Source of the DNA: Bdellovibrionota bacterium
GTDB lineage: Bacteria; Bdellovibrionota_C; UBA2361; JBGSMV01
Length of the DNA stretch: 64,000 bases
Direction: 5' to 3'
Assembly (NCBI GenBank): GCA_041739995.1
Contig: JBGSMV010000043.1
Coordinates: forward strand, 24,471 to 88,470
The translations under genes were made by a program, and so were the position numbers. Shown here piece by piece: positions 47,813 through 57,948 of the stretch. Below the pieces are notes generated by a model, which did not search any database, was not told where the DNA came from, and worked only from the letters and a program-made list of their open reading frames with translations. Every line of letters starts with the position of its first letter. Within the stretch, counting starts at the first letter, position 1.

Positions 47813-49438
47813 GTGCCGGCACAGTTTATTCTCAGCGTTGATGCGACCGTCAACCCCGCTTCTCTCCAGGTCTCAGAAGTCGATGGACGGTCGGTAAGAG
47901 TAGTAGAGTCTGTCGAAGCAGACCTGCGGGGGATGTTTGATGTCCGCGATCTGGATAACCTGCCGTCCAGTGAGAACGATCTTTCAAAAGCCGGCACTTC
48001 CGAGACGCTTCGAGCTGCCCATGGGTCTCAGGACCATGGATCACAGGAGCCTGGGTCTTCAGATCAACCATCGGCCCCCTCCTCGAACCCGCTGGGAACT
48101 CTGGTCAGCTGCACATCCTCATTACGCGAAGCTCTATCTCAACTTCAAACCCCTTACACCTCTTCCATCCTAATAATTCCAACGGACGAATATCTATCAC
48201 TCAATTTAGATCTCCCGTTTTCGGATAATCGTCAGATCCAAAAGATTTTGGAATTAGAAGTTCAAGACCGCGTCCCGTTCGACACCTCCGAATTTCTTTT
48301 GGAGCATCGTTCGTTGAACGGTCTCAGTGGAAATCCTCGCGCTCACGGACACGACGTGCACGTGAGCATCGTTCCCCGCAAGCTTCTTTCTCGCGTGACT
48401 AGAATTTGCAAGGGCGCATCGTTCGAACCGCTCATCATCACCACTGCCAGCAGCATTCTCGAAGGTCTCTTCATTCTCGCCCCCGACTATTTTAAAGATA
48501 ATTCAGCAGTAATTCTTGTTCGCCCTCCATTCGTCTATGTCGCCTTGCAAGTAGACGGTCGAGTACGCGTTGACCGAGTAATCAATGCCGAACAACTGAC
48601 CGGAGACGAATCTGAACGTATACGATCTTTAAGCACAGAGTTGCGCCTCACTCTTGTCTCAGTTGAAACGCGCTACGGAGTAAAAATTGACTCAGTGTAT
48701 GCACTTGGGGACGGTATCAACTTACGAGAGCTGCAGCAGCACCTTGGGCGAAATGTGGAGTCCGTAGACATTTCTGAGTTGGTGAACCTCCCTCCAGAAA
48801 CGCGCGGCATTTCGGCTCTCGGCGTGCCCTTCGCCTATGATGATACTCCGCATCAAATCTTAACGAACTTCCGCACTCGAGAATTCTCTTACAGCCTACA
48901 ACTTAGCGAACTGGTGCATGGATTACGTAAGCTCGCTCCGCTGTTCGCCATCACCTTTTTCTGCAGCCTACTATTAGTCGTCGGTTCCTATTTCTTTAGA
49001 GAAACAAAAATTGACTTGATGGAAGCTAACATTCACGAGGCAATTTCAGCTTCGTTTCCTGGAACAAGCATTGGAATAGGAGAAGAAGTTAGTGTCATTC
49101 AAGCCGAGAATTCAAAGCTTGATAAGGCACTCGAAAGTCTTGGCTCTGGATCCCTTGATCAGTACACGGCCCTGGACGTGCTGCGCGAAATCTCAGTGGT
49201 CATGCCTACAAACCCTGCAATAACCATTCGCAACATCGCCATTCGCGGGAACCGGGTGAAGATTAGTGGTAGCGCTCCTGAGTACAAAGACGTTGAAGCA
49301 ATAGAACGGGCTCTACAACGAAATCGTAGTATGAAATTTCGTGCTAAACCTCCCGAAATCACGGCGGGAATGGGATCTATCCCTGGCGGCGCTCGCTCGT
49401 CTCAGAATTTTACCTTTGATATTCGAGTGGAGGATTAA
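47813..49438 (+). CDS. gspL: Type II secretion protein L (PilM/PilN-like)
   Basis: L.LPF.D.R.I..IL..E....PF cytoplasmic domain, NFR..EF, TM helix, periplasmic L.EIS...I.G..A ferredoxin-like domain. Confidence 0.8.
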   Translation: MPAQFILSVDATVNPASLQVSEVDGRSVRVVESVEADLRGMFDVRDLDNLPSSENDLSKAGTSETLRAAHGSQDHGSQEPGSSDQPSAPSSNPLGTLVSCTSSLREALSQLQTPYTSSILIIPTDEYLSLNLDLPFSDNRQIQKILELEVQDRVPFDTSEFLLEHRSLNGLSGNPRAHGHDVHVSIVPRKLLSRVTRICKGASFEPLIITTASSILEGLFILAPDYFKDNSAVILVRPPFVYVALQVDGRVRVDRVINAEQLTGDESERIRSLSTELRLTLVSVETRYGVKIDSVYALGDGINLRELQQHLGRNVESVDISELVNLPPETRGISALGVPFAYDDTPHQILTNFRTREFSYSLQLSELVHGLRKLAPLFAITFFCSLLLVVGSYFFRETKIDLMEANIHEAISASFPGTSIGIGEEVSVIQAENSKLDKALESLGSGSLDQYTALDVLREISVVMPTNPAITIRNIAIRGNRVKISGSAPEYKDVEAIERALQRNRSMKFRAKPPEITAGMGSIPGGARSSQNFTFDIRVED

Positions 49439-49442
49439 ATAA

Positions 49443-50081
49443 ATGTCCTCGAAACTAACGGCACCGAAGTTTGCGCTCAATTCACAATGGACGAGGACGC
49501 TCTCGGAGGCTCTGCGGCCTCATATCAAGCACGGCAAAGAATACTATGCCAAGCTTTCTGGGAGGGAGAGGGTGCTGGTCCTGTTCGGGGCATTGGCTCT
49601 ATCGATCAGTGCTCTTTATCTGGTTTATTCCCCAATTGAGGAGGCTTTCGTCATTCAGTCCCAAGCACTGAACGATGTCTCACTCAAGCTCCAAAACGTC
49701 TCTGCTGCCCTCGCGCGACATCAAAAACTTCGTGCTCGCCGCGAAGAAGTGGAACGGGAGTTTCGGGAGGTAGAAATCGCTGAGGGCGCGTTGTCCTACC
49801 TCGAAGAACTGGTGAAGACCAAAGCGGGTGTACTCAATCCTCAAATTAGTCCTCGCGATATTCGAGAGTTCGGTTCCGATTATGAACAGGCGCCCTTCCT
49901 CATCCGGTTTCCTATAGTAGATCTTGCTCGCCTTGTTCAGTTCCTTGAAACCCTAGTAAATGGACCTAAACCCTTCATCCTCGCGAGTCTAGATATTAAG
50001 CGCCGTCCCGCCGGCGACTCTCTAGACGTAGAACTTGAAGTAAGTAGCATTCGGCGGAAAAAGTTCCAGGTTGATGGTTAA
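49443..50081 (+). CDS. gspM: Type II secretion protein M
   Basis: LS.RERVLV + TM helix + coiled coil + L..FL..L; follows gspL. Confidence 0.78.
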   Translation: MSSKLTAPKFALNSQWTRTLSEALRPHIKHGKEYYAKLSGRERVLVLFGALALSISALYLVYSPIEEAFVIQSQALNDVSLKLQNVSAALARHQKLRARREEVEREFREVEIAEGALSYLEELVKTKAGVLNPQISPRDIREFGSDYEQAPFLIRFPIVDLARLVQFLETLVNGPKPFILASLDIKRRPAGDSLDVELEVSSIRRKKFQVDG

Positions 50082-50985
50082 GAAACTACTTGTTTGGGTG
50101 CTCGTGCTGCTGCTTCTCGCAGGGGCCCTTCTGTGGGGGGTAAGAAACTTTCTGGTATCTTCTACCCTCGAGCGGCTGCGGTCTGGCGCCGCTACTCAAG
50201 GAGTAGTTTTTTCATTTGGTGCGCAGCGCACTAACCTATTTACAGTAACCCTCACGGACGTACGAATTGATGGCGTGCTGCGCCGATTTCCGATCACGCT
50301 GCGTATTGATGAAATTTCCATTTCACCCGCCTGGAACTCCTTCTTTGAAGGGAAGGTCGGCGTGGAGTTGATGGCAAGAATGTATCACGGGGATATTCAG
50401 GGATCTGCCTCTGCGAGTTGGAACGGAAACAGTATCTCACTTGCCGCTACCGCGGAGCGCCTTGAGGTTTCAGAACATCCGATGATTCAAGCTCTGGGCA
50501 TTAATCGAGGGCAAGTCTCGCTTTTTATCCCATCCCTCACTTCAGATCCAAGCGGCACCACTGGTAGTTTCGTTCTGAAAGTCATTCGCCTAGGCAAGCG
50601 CTCGGCTACCAAATTTCCTGGAGGTTCTCTCGGACCAATCACTGTGCCAGCTTTTGAGAGAATCAATGCGGAAGTGAAGGGCGGAATTCGCGATCGAACC
50701 TTTGTGGTTCGTCCGTTAGAGATTGAGTCAGACTTCGGAAGCTTCAAGGGAAACTTTGCAATCGAGGACTCAGGGTCTCCTCGCACCGACACGGAAGCTC
50801 CGCTCGTTAGTGGAAGAGCAACCGCTCACCTATCCAGCTCAGGACAACAGCTAATCGGACAATGGCTCCCGGTCATTAGCAATGGAACCGTTACGGCCGA
50901 CGTATCGAGGTTTGAAATTCACGTTTCGGGCTCGACTAAGCACCCGGTAACAAAAATGCTCCCTCAACAGTTGGCAGGAAACTGA
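50071..50985 (+). CDS. gspN: Type II secretion protein N-like
   Basis: N-terminal TM, beta-rich body, C-terminal I.G....P; follows gspM. Confidence 0.65.
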   Translation: MMVKKLLVWVLVLLLLAGALLWGVRNFLVSSTLERLRSGAATQGVVFSFGAQRTNLFTVTLTDVRIDGVLRRFPITLRIDEISISPAWNSFFEGKVGVELMARMYHGDIQGSASASWNGNSISLAATAERLEVSEHPMIQALGINRGQVSLFIPSLTSDPSGTTGSFVLKVIRLGKRSATKFPGGSLGPITVPAFERINAEVKGGIRDRTFVVRPLEIESDFGSFKGNFAIEDSGSPRTDTEAPLVSGRATAHLSSSGQQLIGQWLPVISNGTVTADVSRFEIHVSGSTKHPVTKMLPQQLAGN

Positions 50986-51319
50986 CGAGACTCCCAGTCT
51001 ATGCCCGTCTATCCTTCCCACACTAGGCGGCTCAATTACGACGGGGACGCCTGCGTCAACGACATTTATTCAGCCTATAGGGGCATCCTCCAGACCCTAA
51101 AACTATTCTGAGCCCTCAGAGGCCTTCCTAGGGGACCAGCCCGCTCTATATTGAAACCGAGTCCCCACTCATCGGGGCCATGTTGTGCCTGCGGTTCTCC
51201 ACAGGGGCTAGCGTTTAGAGACCGAGCCTTCAGCTCCAGGAATACCGGCGCCACAAAAGAACTGCTTCAGCATGTAGTCCCCTGTTTCCAGTAAGTCGCA
51301 GTCTAGGTACAGTGCCCGC

Positions 51320-51976
51320 ATGCTTTTTGTAGGAATTTTATTCGGTCTTGTCGGCGGAGCACTGGTTTTCGGCATTCTCTTTGCTTTGAGAAAGAAAGCA
51401 AGCTCTTCCGTCGGCGCCGAGGTAGGCGCGATTGCGCAAGACATTCCTAAACTTGAGGCCGACATTGATCGCCTGATTTCCGGCGCTAGCTCACTCGTCA
51501 GCGCTGGACAGGTTTCTGCAGTTGAGGGCCAAATAGAAGCGGCTCAAGTCGAATTCGAGAAAGAGAAGGCAAACCTTAAGGAGATTGAAACGAAGCTTGA
51601 CGAAGCTCAAAAGCATGTCGAGCAGAAAGAGGCAGTTCATCAGGAGATGAAGTCCTCAAAGGAAGAGGACGAACTCAAGCTTAAGGAAATAAGCGAGAAA
51701 TTCTCGGATCTTTCCTCGGAATCAATGTCCTTGGAACAAAAGCTCGCGAATTCCATGAAGAACCTTGATCAGTTGATGAAAGACGTCAAATTGACCGACG
51801 ACCAGAAGGCGTTGTTTGAGGATCTTTCCAACGGATTGTCGGCGGCTGGCGAGCGCATGAGAGATTTACTCACCGAGTACAACACCGTGAACGAGCGTCT
51901 TGAACTGCTCCAGCAGCAACATAGAGATCTCGAGGACGAGTACACCAGACTAGTAGAGCAACAATTGGGCGAATAG
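51320..51976 (+). CDS. Membrane-anchored coiled-coil protein
   Basis: N-terminal TM helix followed by about 170 aa of heptad-rich E/K/L/Q sequence. Confidence 0.8.
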   Translation: MLFVGILFGLVGGALVFGILFALRKKASSSVGAEVGAIAQDIPKLEADIDRLISGASSLVSAGQVSAVEGQIEAAQVEFEKEKANLKEIETKLDEAQKHVEQKEAVHQEMKSSKEEDELKLKEISEKFSDLSSESMSLEQKLANSMKNLDQLMKDVKLTDDQKALFEDLSNGLSAAGERMRDLLTEYNTVNERLELLQQQHRDLEDEYTRLVEQQLGE

Positions 51977-52174
51977 CAGCCCTTGCTAGCTCACGAACTG
52001 ATACGGCACACTTAATAATACGCTATTTGAGTCAGTAGAACGGATTTGCGTGAGATCTGAATGTAAGGTACCCTACTGCACCGTAAGAAGCTCAGGAACG
52101 ATGTCTTCCAACGGACGATTGCACGCGAAGCGCTATCACAATTTGATCCGATTTTCCTTTCAAGACAGGAGTCT

Positions 52175-52579
52175 ATGAGTCAAGAAAACAAAAAGAGCCA
52201 AGAAAACAAAAAGCCCCAGGAAAACAAGAAGTCCATTCGCCAGCTGAGCGAGTCTTATATAAGCCAGATAAATGTGCTTCGCGCCATGTGCTCGGGTAAC
52301 TCCCTCCCACCAGTAGAAAGCAAACCGGCCGACACGGCATCTGCTTCAAATGACACAGCTCCCGTCCCCCGTTCAAGAACTCTAGATGTAGAACAAGTCG
52401 CTCAAATGAGTGGTCTCGGCGACGAAAAGGAAGCCTTACGTTTTCTCTATATCCTCGAAGGACACAAACTTGTCAGTCCCTTTCCTAAGGGTGACTTCAC
52501 CTCCAAGTCGTGGCAAGTCACCGACGAAGGGCTGAAAGTCTGGGCTTCGATTTCGTCCGAAATGGACGTGGCCGCCTAA
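52175..52579 (+). CDS. Small hypothetical protein, winged-helix-like
   Basis: AGGAG RBS; VEQVAQMSGL.DEKEALRFLYILEGHKLV...WQVTDEG; N-terminal QENKK(S/P) x3 (18-bp repeat 52181-52234). Confidence 0.7.
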   Translation: MSQENKKSQENKKPQENKKSIRQLSESYISQINVLRAMCSGNSLPPVESKPADTASASNDTAPVPRSRTLDVEQVAQMSGLGDEKEALRFLYILEGHKLVSPFPKGDFTSKSWQVTDEGLKVWASISSEMDVAA

Positions 52580-52646
52580 CGCGCTATTAGCCTCGTCTAG
52601 CCTTCTATTCTGCGGCAGTGCTTTGTGCGTTCAGCTTCTTCACAGC

Positions 52647-52669
52647 GAGCTTCCTCACAATGGAAGCTC
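52647..52669. terminator. Hairpin between convergent genes
   Basis: GAGCTTCC-TCACAAT-GGAAGCTC. Confidence 0.4.
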
Positions 52670-52702
52670 TCCCCTGTGGAAGATCTTCTCGATGGAAGAA
52701 TG

Positions 52703-53731
52703 TCAGCTATTCGCGTGAACTTTTAGGTACCATTCAACCTCGTGCCGACCGCCGGTAATAAAGACCGTGCGCTCGTGGATGCTGGTTGGCTGCTTATCGA
52801 GAATCGGTGCAAGGTCATCAATAGCCATTCCACCTGCCTGCTCTGCAATAAAGGCCAGCGGGATGCACTCATACAGCAGTCGAAGCTTCCCATTCTTTCG
52901 CTTGTGATCGGAAGGGTGCAGAAACACCCCTCCATTTCTCAAATTTCTATCAAAATCCGCTACGAGAGACCCCACATAGCGGGTGGAATACGGTGTCCCG
53001 GATTCGTCTCCCGTAGAGCGTAACTCATTAAGAAAGTTGCGCACCGCTGGAGTCCACTGATTTACTCGGCCCTCGTTCGCACTGTACACACTACCGCGCC
53101 GTGGCGTTTGAATTTGCTCTTCAGTCAAAACAAACTCCCCGATTGCAGGATCGAGGGTAAATCCATGCACTCCCTGGCCCGCTGAGTATACAAATGAAGT
53201 CTTTGCCCCATACACGGAGTACCCTGCGGCCACGAGCTGTCTACCAGGCTGCATAAAGTCAGCTTCCCCACTCGTAGCCGAGCCCTGCTTGCGAGCGAAA
53301 ATAGAAAAGATCGTCCCCACCGGAATACTTGTTCCTATGTTGCTAGACCCGTCGAGCGGATCGAAAGCTACCACATACTTTGCACTATCTGAGTGTCGCC
53401 CCGCTTCGATTACGGTGTCTTGCTCCTCTGACACCATCAATCCGAAATGCCCGGAAGCCCCGAGGAACTCTGTCAAAATTCGATCTGCTTCTTGATCAAG
53501 TTTTCGAACGCTTTCCCCCTGCACGTTTACGGTATCGGTATAGCCCGTCAGGCCTTTGAATCCCGCAGTAGCAACGAGACTGCTGATAATTTTGACCGCC
53601 ACCACGATGGATGAGAGCAGTTCAGACAGCTCTCCAGAACTATGAGAGTAAGCCCGCCCTCGATTATGAATAAACCGATGCAGTGTCTCAGTGGGGACAT
53701 GATTAACTCCCTGTTGACCTGACTCTGACAT
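52703..53731 (-). CDS. fbp: Fructose-1,6-bisphosphatase class I
   Basis: NVQGE..KLD, SEE, FDPLDGSSN, RYVGSLVAD, GKLRLLYEC. Confidence 0.96.
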   Translation of the reverse strand: MSESGQQGVNHVPTETLHRFIHNRGRAYSHSSGELSELLSSIVVAVKIISSLVATAGFKGLTGYTDTVNVQGESVRKLDQEADRILTEFLGASGHFGLMVSEEQDTVIEAGRHSDSAKYVVAFDPLDGSSNIGTSIPVGTIFSIFARKQGSATSGEADFMQPGRQLVAAGYSVYGAKTSFVYSAGQGVHGFTLDPAIGEFVLTEEQIQTPRRGSVYSANEGRVNQWTPAVRNFLNELRSTGDESGTPYSTRYVGSLVADFDRNLRNGGVFLHPSDHKRKNGKLRLLYECIPLAFIAEQAGGMAIDDLAPILDKQPTSIHERTVFITGGRHEVEWYLKVHANS

Positions 53732-53805
53732 GCAAATTCTCCTAGGAAACTTGAATTATCTTCGCTTCGTCCGCCTCCGATACAGACGTTCTATTTGGCA
53801 CGACG

Positions 53806-56097
53806 TCAGGCAGCAAAACGCCGCTGAGTACCCCTTTGAGGCTTGAGGGGAAGCTCTACCACAAAACGCGCTCCATGCGGATGATTATCAAAGACCCGCA
53901 CTCTTCCCTGATGCTCGGACACAATCGAAGTGACTATAGCAAGCCCCAAGCCCGTGCCGCCCTTCTTGGTGGTGACGTATGGTTCAAATATACGTGGCTT
54001 CGCATCCGTAGAAATCCCCGGCCCAGTGTCTGAAACCTCGAAACTCACCGTGCGGGCATTCGCATCGCGCATGGTTCTGACGGTAATACCCGCCCTCTCT
54101 AACTCGCTCTGTGGATTGGACTCACGCGCCTCTGCGATGGCGGCAATTGCATTATCAAACAAGTTAATGAGCACCCTTCGCATTTGCTCCCTATCAATCG
54201 GGACCAATGGCAAGGAATCATCCTTTATAAACTGCACTACAAGCTCTACGTGTGCGGTCGCAAACGGTTCAATTGTGACCGCAATAAGCTGATTGAGGTC
54301 TGTCGGCGCAAACTCGGCGGGGGGCATTCGAGCAAACTGCGAGAATTCATTCGCAAGTCGCTTAATTGAGTCAACATGAGTCACTATAGTTTCCGAGCAC
54401 TCAGTAATCTTAGAATACAACTCAGGTCCTCGCTCGGCGCTTTGATCATCGCGAACAAGCCGCTCAAGGCGCTGAGCAGAGAGTTGAATCGGCGTTAGCG
54501 GATTCTTGATCTCGTGAGCAATTCGCTGCGCAGCCTCTCTCCAGGCTGCCATATGTTGAGCCTTCGAAAGCTCTGTCACATCATCAAACAATAGTGCAAA
54601 TCCCGTATCTCCTCCGTCTTCAGAAAGGATCTTTCCTACGGTGCAAACAATCTTAAGCTCTCTTCCCATACTCCGGACTACTAGCTCTCGCTCTACCGCG
54701 CGCGCAAACCCTTCTTCTAACTTCGCTGACTCCTGCACTTCGACGATCATTGAAGCAAGCACTTCGTACTCCGCCTGAGGAAGAACGTCCTTCAGCAGCG
54801 CTCCGAGCACACGATCACCATTTGCTATGCCAAACGTCTCTGCAGCAGCCGCATTTATCGAAGTGATTCGGTATTGCTCATCGACACCGACAACGCCTAC
54901 CGCGAGATTCTTAAGTAAGGTCTCAAGGTAGGCGCGGTGCCTTTCTCGCTCCTGACGCGAACGACGCAAGTCGGCCGTCATGCGATTAAACGCGCGAACC
55001 AACTGCCCCATCTCGTCATTTCCCATGTCGCGCAGCTGAATATCGTCACGGCCCTTGGCTACCAGACGCGTAGCATCGGCAACGCGTTGGATAGGAACAG
55101 CTAGCTCTCGCGCGATGTAAAATGCGATCCAGATTGCTGAGAACAACAACAACCCCGTAATCAAAGCTAGCGTGAGAAGATAGTTTGATCGCAGCCCGCC
55201 TCTAAAGAGCTTGAGCTGTTCATACTCGCGGAACGAGTCGTTCACTACGGCAAGTCCCTGTGCAAGTTCAGGCGACATACGGAGCGACGCGACTAATGCC
55301 AGTGGTGGTTGTGCAGCGAGCGCTGCCGCTATTTCCTTGGTCAGTGGGCCGTATGCTCTAATAAATTGACTACTTTCTCGCTCCTCAAAACGAACCTGAA
55401 TTTCGCCACCGAGCGCTTTTGCAAGAGTGTCTCGGTCTAAATCAGGCTCTTTAAATGGTTCAACTTGAGCGATTGCATTTTCTACACGTAGCGCATCTCG
55501 GCCATCACCAGAAACGACACTAACTGAAAAGAGTCTCCAACGCCGCCGCTTGGCATCAATAATCTTCTGCACCCCTTCGGCATTAAGGCCGACACTGGCT
55601 TGCGCCTCGAGCTCAAGACGAAGCTCCTCGAGCAGATAGCCCATCTGCTCTCGCGCAAGCGTATGGTGCCGCCTAGAGACTTGCACAGCCCCTCCAACGG
55701 CTCGCTCAACAGTGGTACTGAACCAACCCTCCATCGCCCGGGCGAGCAATCCGCTGGCGGAAAAGAAGAGGATTCCGGTAGGGATGAGAGTCAATCCTAC
55801 CAAGGCAAACAGAAGGCGGGTACGAAGTTGGGTTCCTAAAATGCCTTTTCGACGGTCAAAGATGAGCTTGACGATGTTTCGGCCGATGAGAAAGGCAAGT
55901 ACGCACAGCACCACCACGATGAAATTGATCAAGGTGATGATCAGTAAGCTGTCCCCGGGTCGAACAACTTCGTCATCAGGTTGTTGTACGAATACCAGAA
56001 AGGCGAAGAGTGCAATTCCGAGAAATAGCGTAAAGCCCCTCAATCCAAGGCCGGCTCTACGCCATACTAGGGCGAAACGTCGCTTTTTGCTTACCAT
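53806..56097 (-). CDS. NtrY-like HAMP/PAS sensor histidine kinase
   Basis: TM helices, HAMP, PAS, AWREAAQRIAHEIKNPLTPIQLSA, NLFDNA, DTGPG, GTGLGL. Confidence 0.9.
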   Translation of the reverse strand: MVSKKRRFALVWRRAGLGLRGFTLFLGIALFAFLVFVQQPDDEVVRPGDSLLIITLINFIVVVLCVLAFLIGRNIVKLIFDRRKGILGTQLRTRLLFALVGLTLIPTGILFFSASGLLARAMEGWFSTTVERAVGGAVQVSRRHHTLAREQMGYLLEELRLELEAQASVGLNAEGVQKIIDAKRRRWRLFSVSVVSGDGRDALRVENAIAQVEPFKEPDLDRDTLAKALGGEIQVRFEERESSQFIRAYGPLTKEIAAALAAQPPLALVASLRMSPELAQGLAVVNDSFREYEQLKLFRGGLRSNYLLTLALITGLLLFSAIWIAFYIARELAVPIQRVADATRLVAKGRDDIQLRDMGNDEMGQLVRAFNRMTADLRRSRQERERHRAYLETLLKNLAVGVVGVDEQYRITSINAAAAETFGIANGDRVLGALLKDVLPQAEYEVLASMIVEVQESAKLEEGFARAVERELVVRSMGRELKIVCTVGKILSEDGGDTGFALLFDDVTELSKAQHMAAWREAAQRIAHEIKNPLTPIQLSAQRLERLVRDDQSAERGPELYSKITECSETIVTHVDSIKRLANEFSQFARMPPAEFAPTDLNQLIAVTIEPFATAHVELVVQFIKDDSLPLVPIDREQMRRVLINLFDNAIAAIAEARESNPQSELERAGITVRTMRDANARTVSFEVSDTGPGISTDAKPRIFEPYVTTKKGGTGLGLAIVTSIVSEHQGRVRVFDNHPHGARFVVELPLKPQRGTQRRFAA

Positions 56098-56125
56098 CGA
56101 TGGGCTCTACGGACTTATCAAATGT

Positions 56126-56698
56126 CTATGACCGTGCATCATCCAACCCAAAGCTAATCCAGCCCGAGTCGAATCCATTGCTTCGCACCATGCCTAACGA
56201 AAGAAAGTAAGAGAGCTTCTCAACCGTTCTACTACTCACTCCTTTGCATTGGGTCAAAAGACGAACTTGTATGTAGCGTCTGGGCTCTCCGAGCAAATCC
56301 GCATCATCAGAAAAAAGTTCGGAGAGTATCACTGGTGAGATTTCGGAGAGGACCTCCGTGGCGACGTGCTCTTCCTCAGTAATAAGAACCTTGGGATCAA
56401 GCTCATCGCCAATTGTATCGCTAATGGTTTTGAAAGTTTCGGCGATTGGATCCCATTGTACAGAACGATTTATTACTCGATTAGAACCACATCGGTCATA
56501 CCAAAAACTTGCTCGTCGGCAGATGCGAAGTTCATAGCGGTACTTTAATTCGAGGCCTGAGCCTAGGCACTGCTCGGCCACTTGATCAACGCCTCGGACA
56601 GAGACTGCAAGCACGTCAAACGAGCCCGGTGCCATCCAATGCACCACGAGCTCGGGAAGCGTTAAAGCAAAGGCAAGCAAGAATGAGAAAAACGTCAC
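56126..56698 (-). CDS. DUF4390-like exported protein
   Basis: SGL...Y.Y.L.I.R....W....V.WDPI...F pattern; position upstream of ntrY is typical. Confidence 0.6.
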   Translation of the reverse strand: MTFFSFLLAFALTLPELVVHWMAPGSFDVLAVSVRGVDQVAEQCLGSGLELKYRYELRICRRASFWYDRCGSNRVINRSVQWDPIAETFKTISDTIGDELDPKVLITEEEHVATEVLSEISPVILSELFSDDADLLGEPRRYIQVRLLTQCKGVSSRTVEKLSYFLSLGMVRSNGFDSGWISFGLDDARS

Positions 56699-57894
56699 TA
56701 TTTTACCCCCCGGTCGTCTCGAACGAGATCTTCTTGAGAGGCTTTCCCTTGCTCACTACTCTCCGCGCTAAGCACCAGAGGCATTTGCGCCGAGCTCTGA
56801 TGCGCACCACCGTTGGAAAGCTGACGTCCATGCCATGAACGTCCACAGTGATTATATCCCATTTCTGTCACCTCACGCCCACGTCTCGTGCGAGCAATAA
56901 ACCCTTCTTGCACCAGATACGGCTCGTACACGTCTTCAAGAGTATCTCGATCCTCTCCTATCGCCGCAGCGATGGTGTCAACGCCCACAGGCCCGCCATC
57001 AAAGCGATCAATGATCAGTTCAAGTATTGCGCGATCCATTTTCTCCAAGCCCACGGAGTCGATATCAAGCAATGTCAGCGCCTGGTATGCTACTTCAATC
57101 GTTACAATACCCTGTGCTCGCTCTTGCGCAAAATCCCGTACACGCTTCAATAGTCTGTTGACGATTCGAGGAGTACCTCGCGAACGTCGTCCGAGTTCCT
57201 CTGCTGCTGCGTCGTGCATCTCGATACCCATGATCTGCGCTGAGCGCTTCGCGATGCGAGTTAGCTCCACAGGTGAATAGTACCCAAGCCGCATTACCAT
57301 TCCAAATCGGTCACGAAGAGGCGACGTAAGCAAGCCTGTGCGCGTCGTTGCCCCAACCAGAGTAAATGGTTTTAGATCAAGCCGGACCGCTTTGGCCGCA
57401 GGGCCATGCCCAATAAGTATATCAATGGAGAAATCCTCCATCGCAGGATACAGCACCTCTTCCACAACCCTAGGGAGGCGATGAATCTCGTCAATGAACA
57501 AAACATCGTGTGCTTCAAGCGAGGTCAGAATAGCAGCGAGGTCACCTGGCCTCTCGATCACCGGGCCAGAGGTAGAACGAAAGCCCACCCCCAACTCATG
57601 CGCCACTATCCTTGCAAGCGAAGTCTTTCCGAGTCCAGGAGGACCATGAAGCAGCACATGATCAAGCGCCTCTTTTCGTCGTCCGGCTGCACGACAACCA
57701 ATCAGTAGGTTTTCCTTTATTGCCTCTTGCCCAACATATTCATCAAATTTACTTGGTCGTAGCGAAGGTAGGTTTGTAGTCTCGACCTCTTCTTCCGCGC
57801 GGTCACGCGCAAGCGCACTCAGGCCGAGCCAGCGCTCCACCTCTCCGCTATCTTCGGAGGCTAACACTTTTTTACCCTGTCCTTCGTCGACCAT
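56698..57894 (-). CDS. ruvB: Holliday junction branch migration helicase
   Basis: [39 protein letters not shown]. Confidence 0.97.
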   Translation of the reverse strand: MVDEGQGKKVLASEDSGEVERWLGLSALARDRAEEEVETTNLPSLRPSKFDEYVGQEAIKENLLIGCRAAGRRKEALDHVLLHGPPGLGKTSLARIVAHELGVGFRSTSGPVIERPGDLAAILTSLEAHDVLFIDEIHRLPRVVEEVLYPAMEDFSIDILIGHGPAAKAVRLDLKPFTLVGATTRTGLLTSPLRDRFGMVMRLGYYSPVELTRIAKRSAQIMGIEMHDAAAEELGRRSRGTPRIVNRLLKRVRDFAQERAQGIVTIEVAYQALTLLDIDSVGLEKMDRAILELIIDRFDGGPVGVDTIAAAIGEDRDTLEDVYEPYLVQEGFIARTRRGREVTEMGYNHCGRSWHGRQLSNGGAHQSSAQMPLVLSAESSEQGKASQEDLVRDDRGVK

Positions 57895-57948
57895 CTCCCT
57901 ACTCTTGAATCTTTCAACGTCGCCTAGCGTCTCGCTAAAAAGTCTCCG

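Noticed and set aside
51201..51285. Weak inverted repeat ACAGGGGCTA / TAGTCCCCTGT resembling the repeat family
   Set aside because: Too short and imperfect to distinguish from chance.
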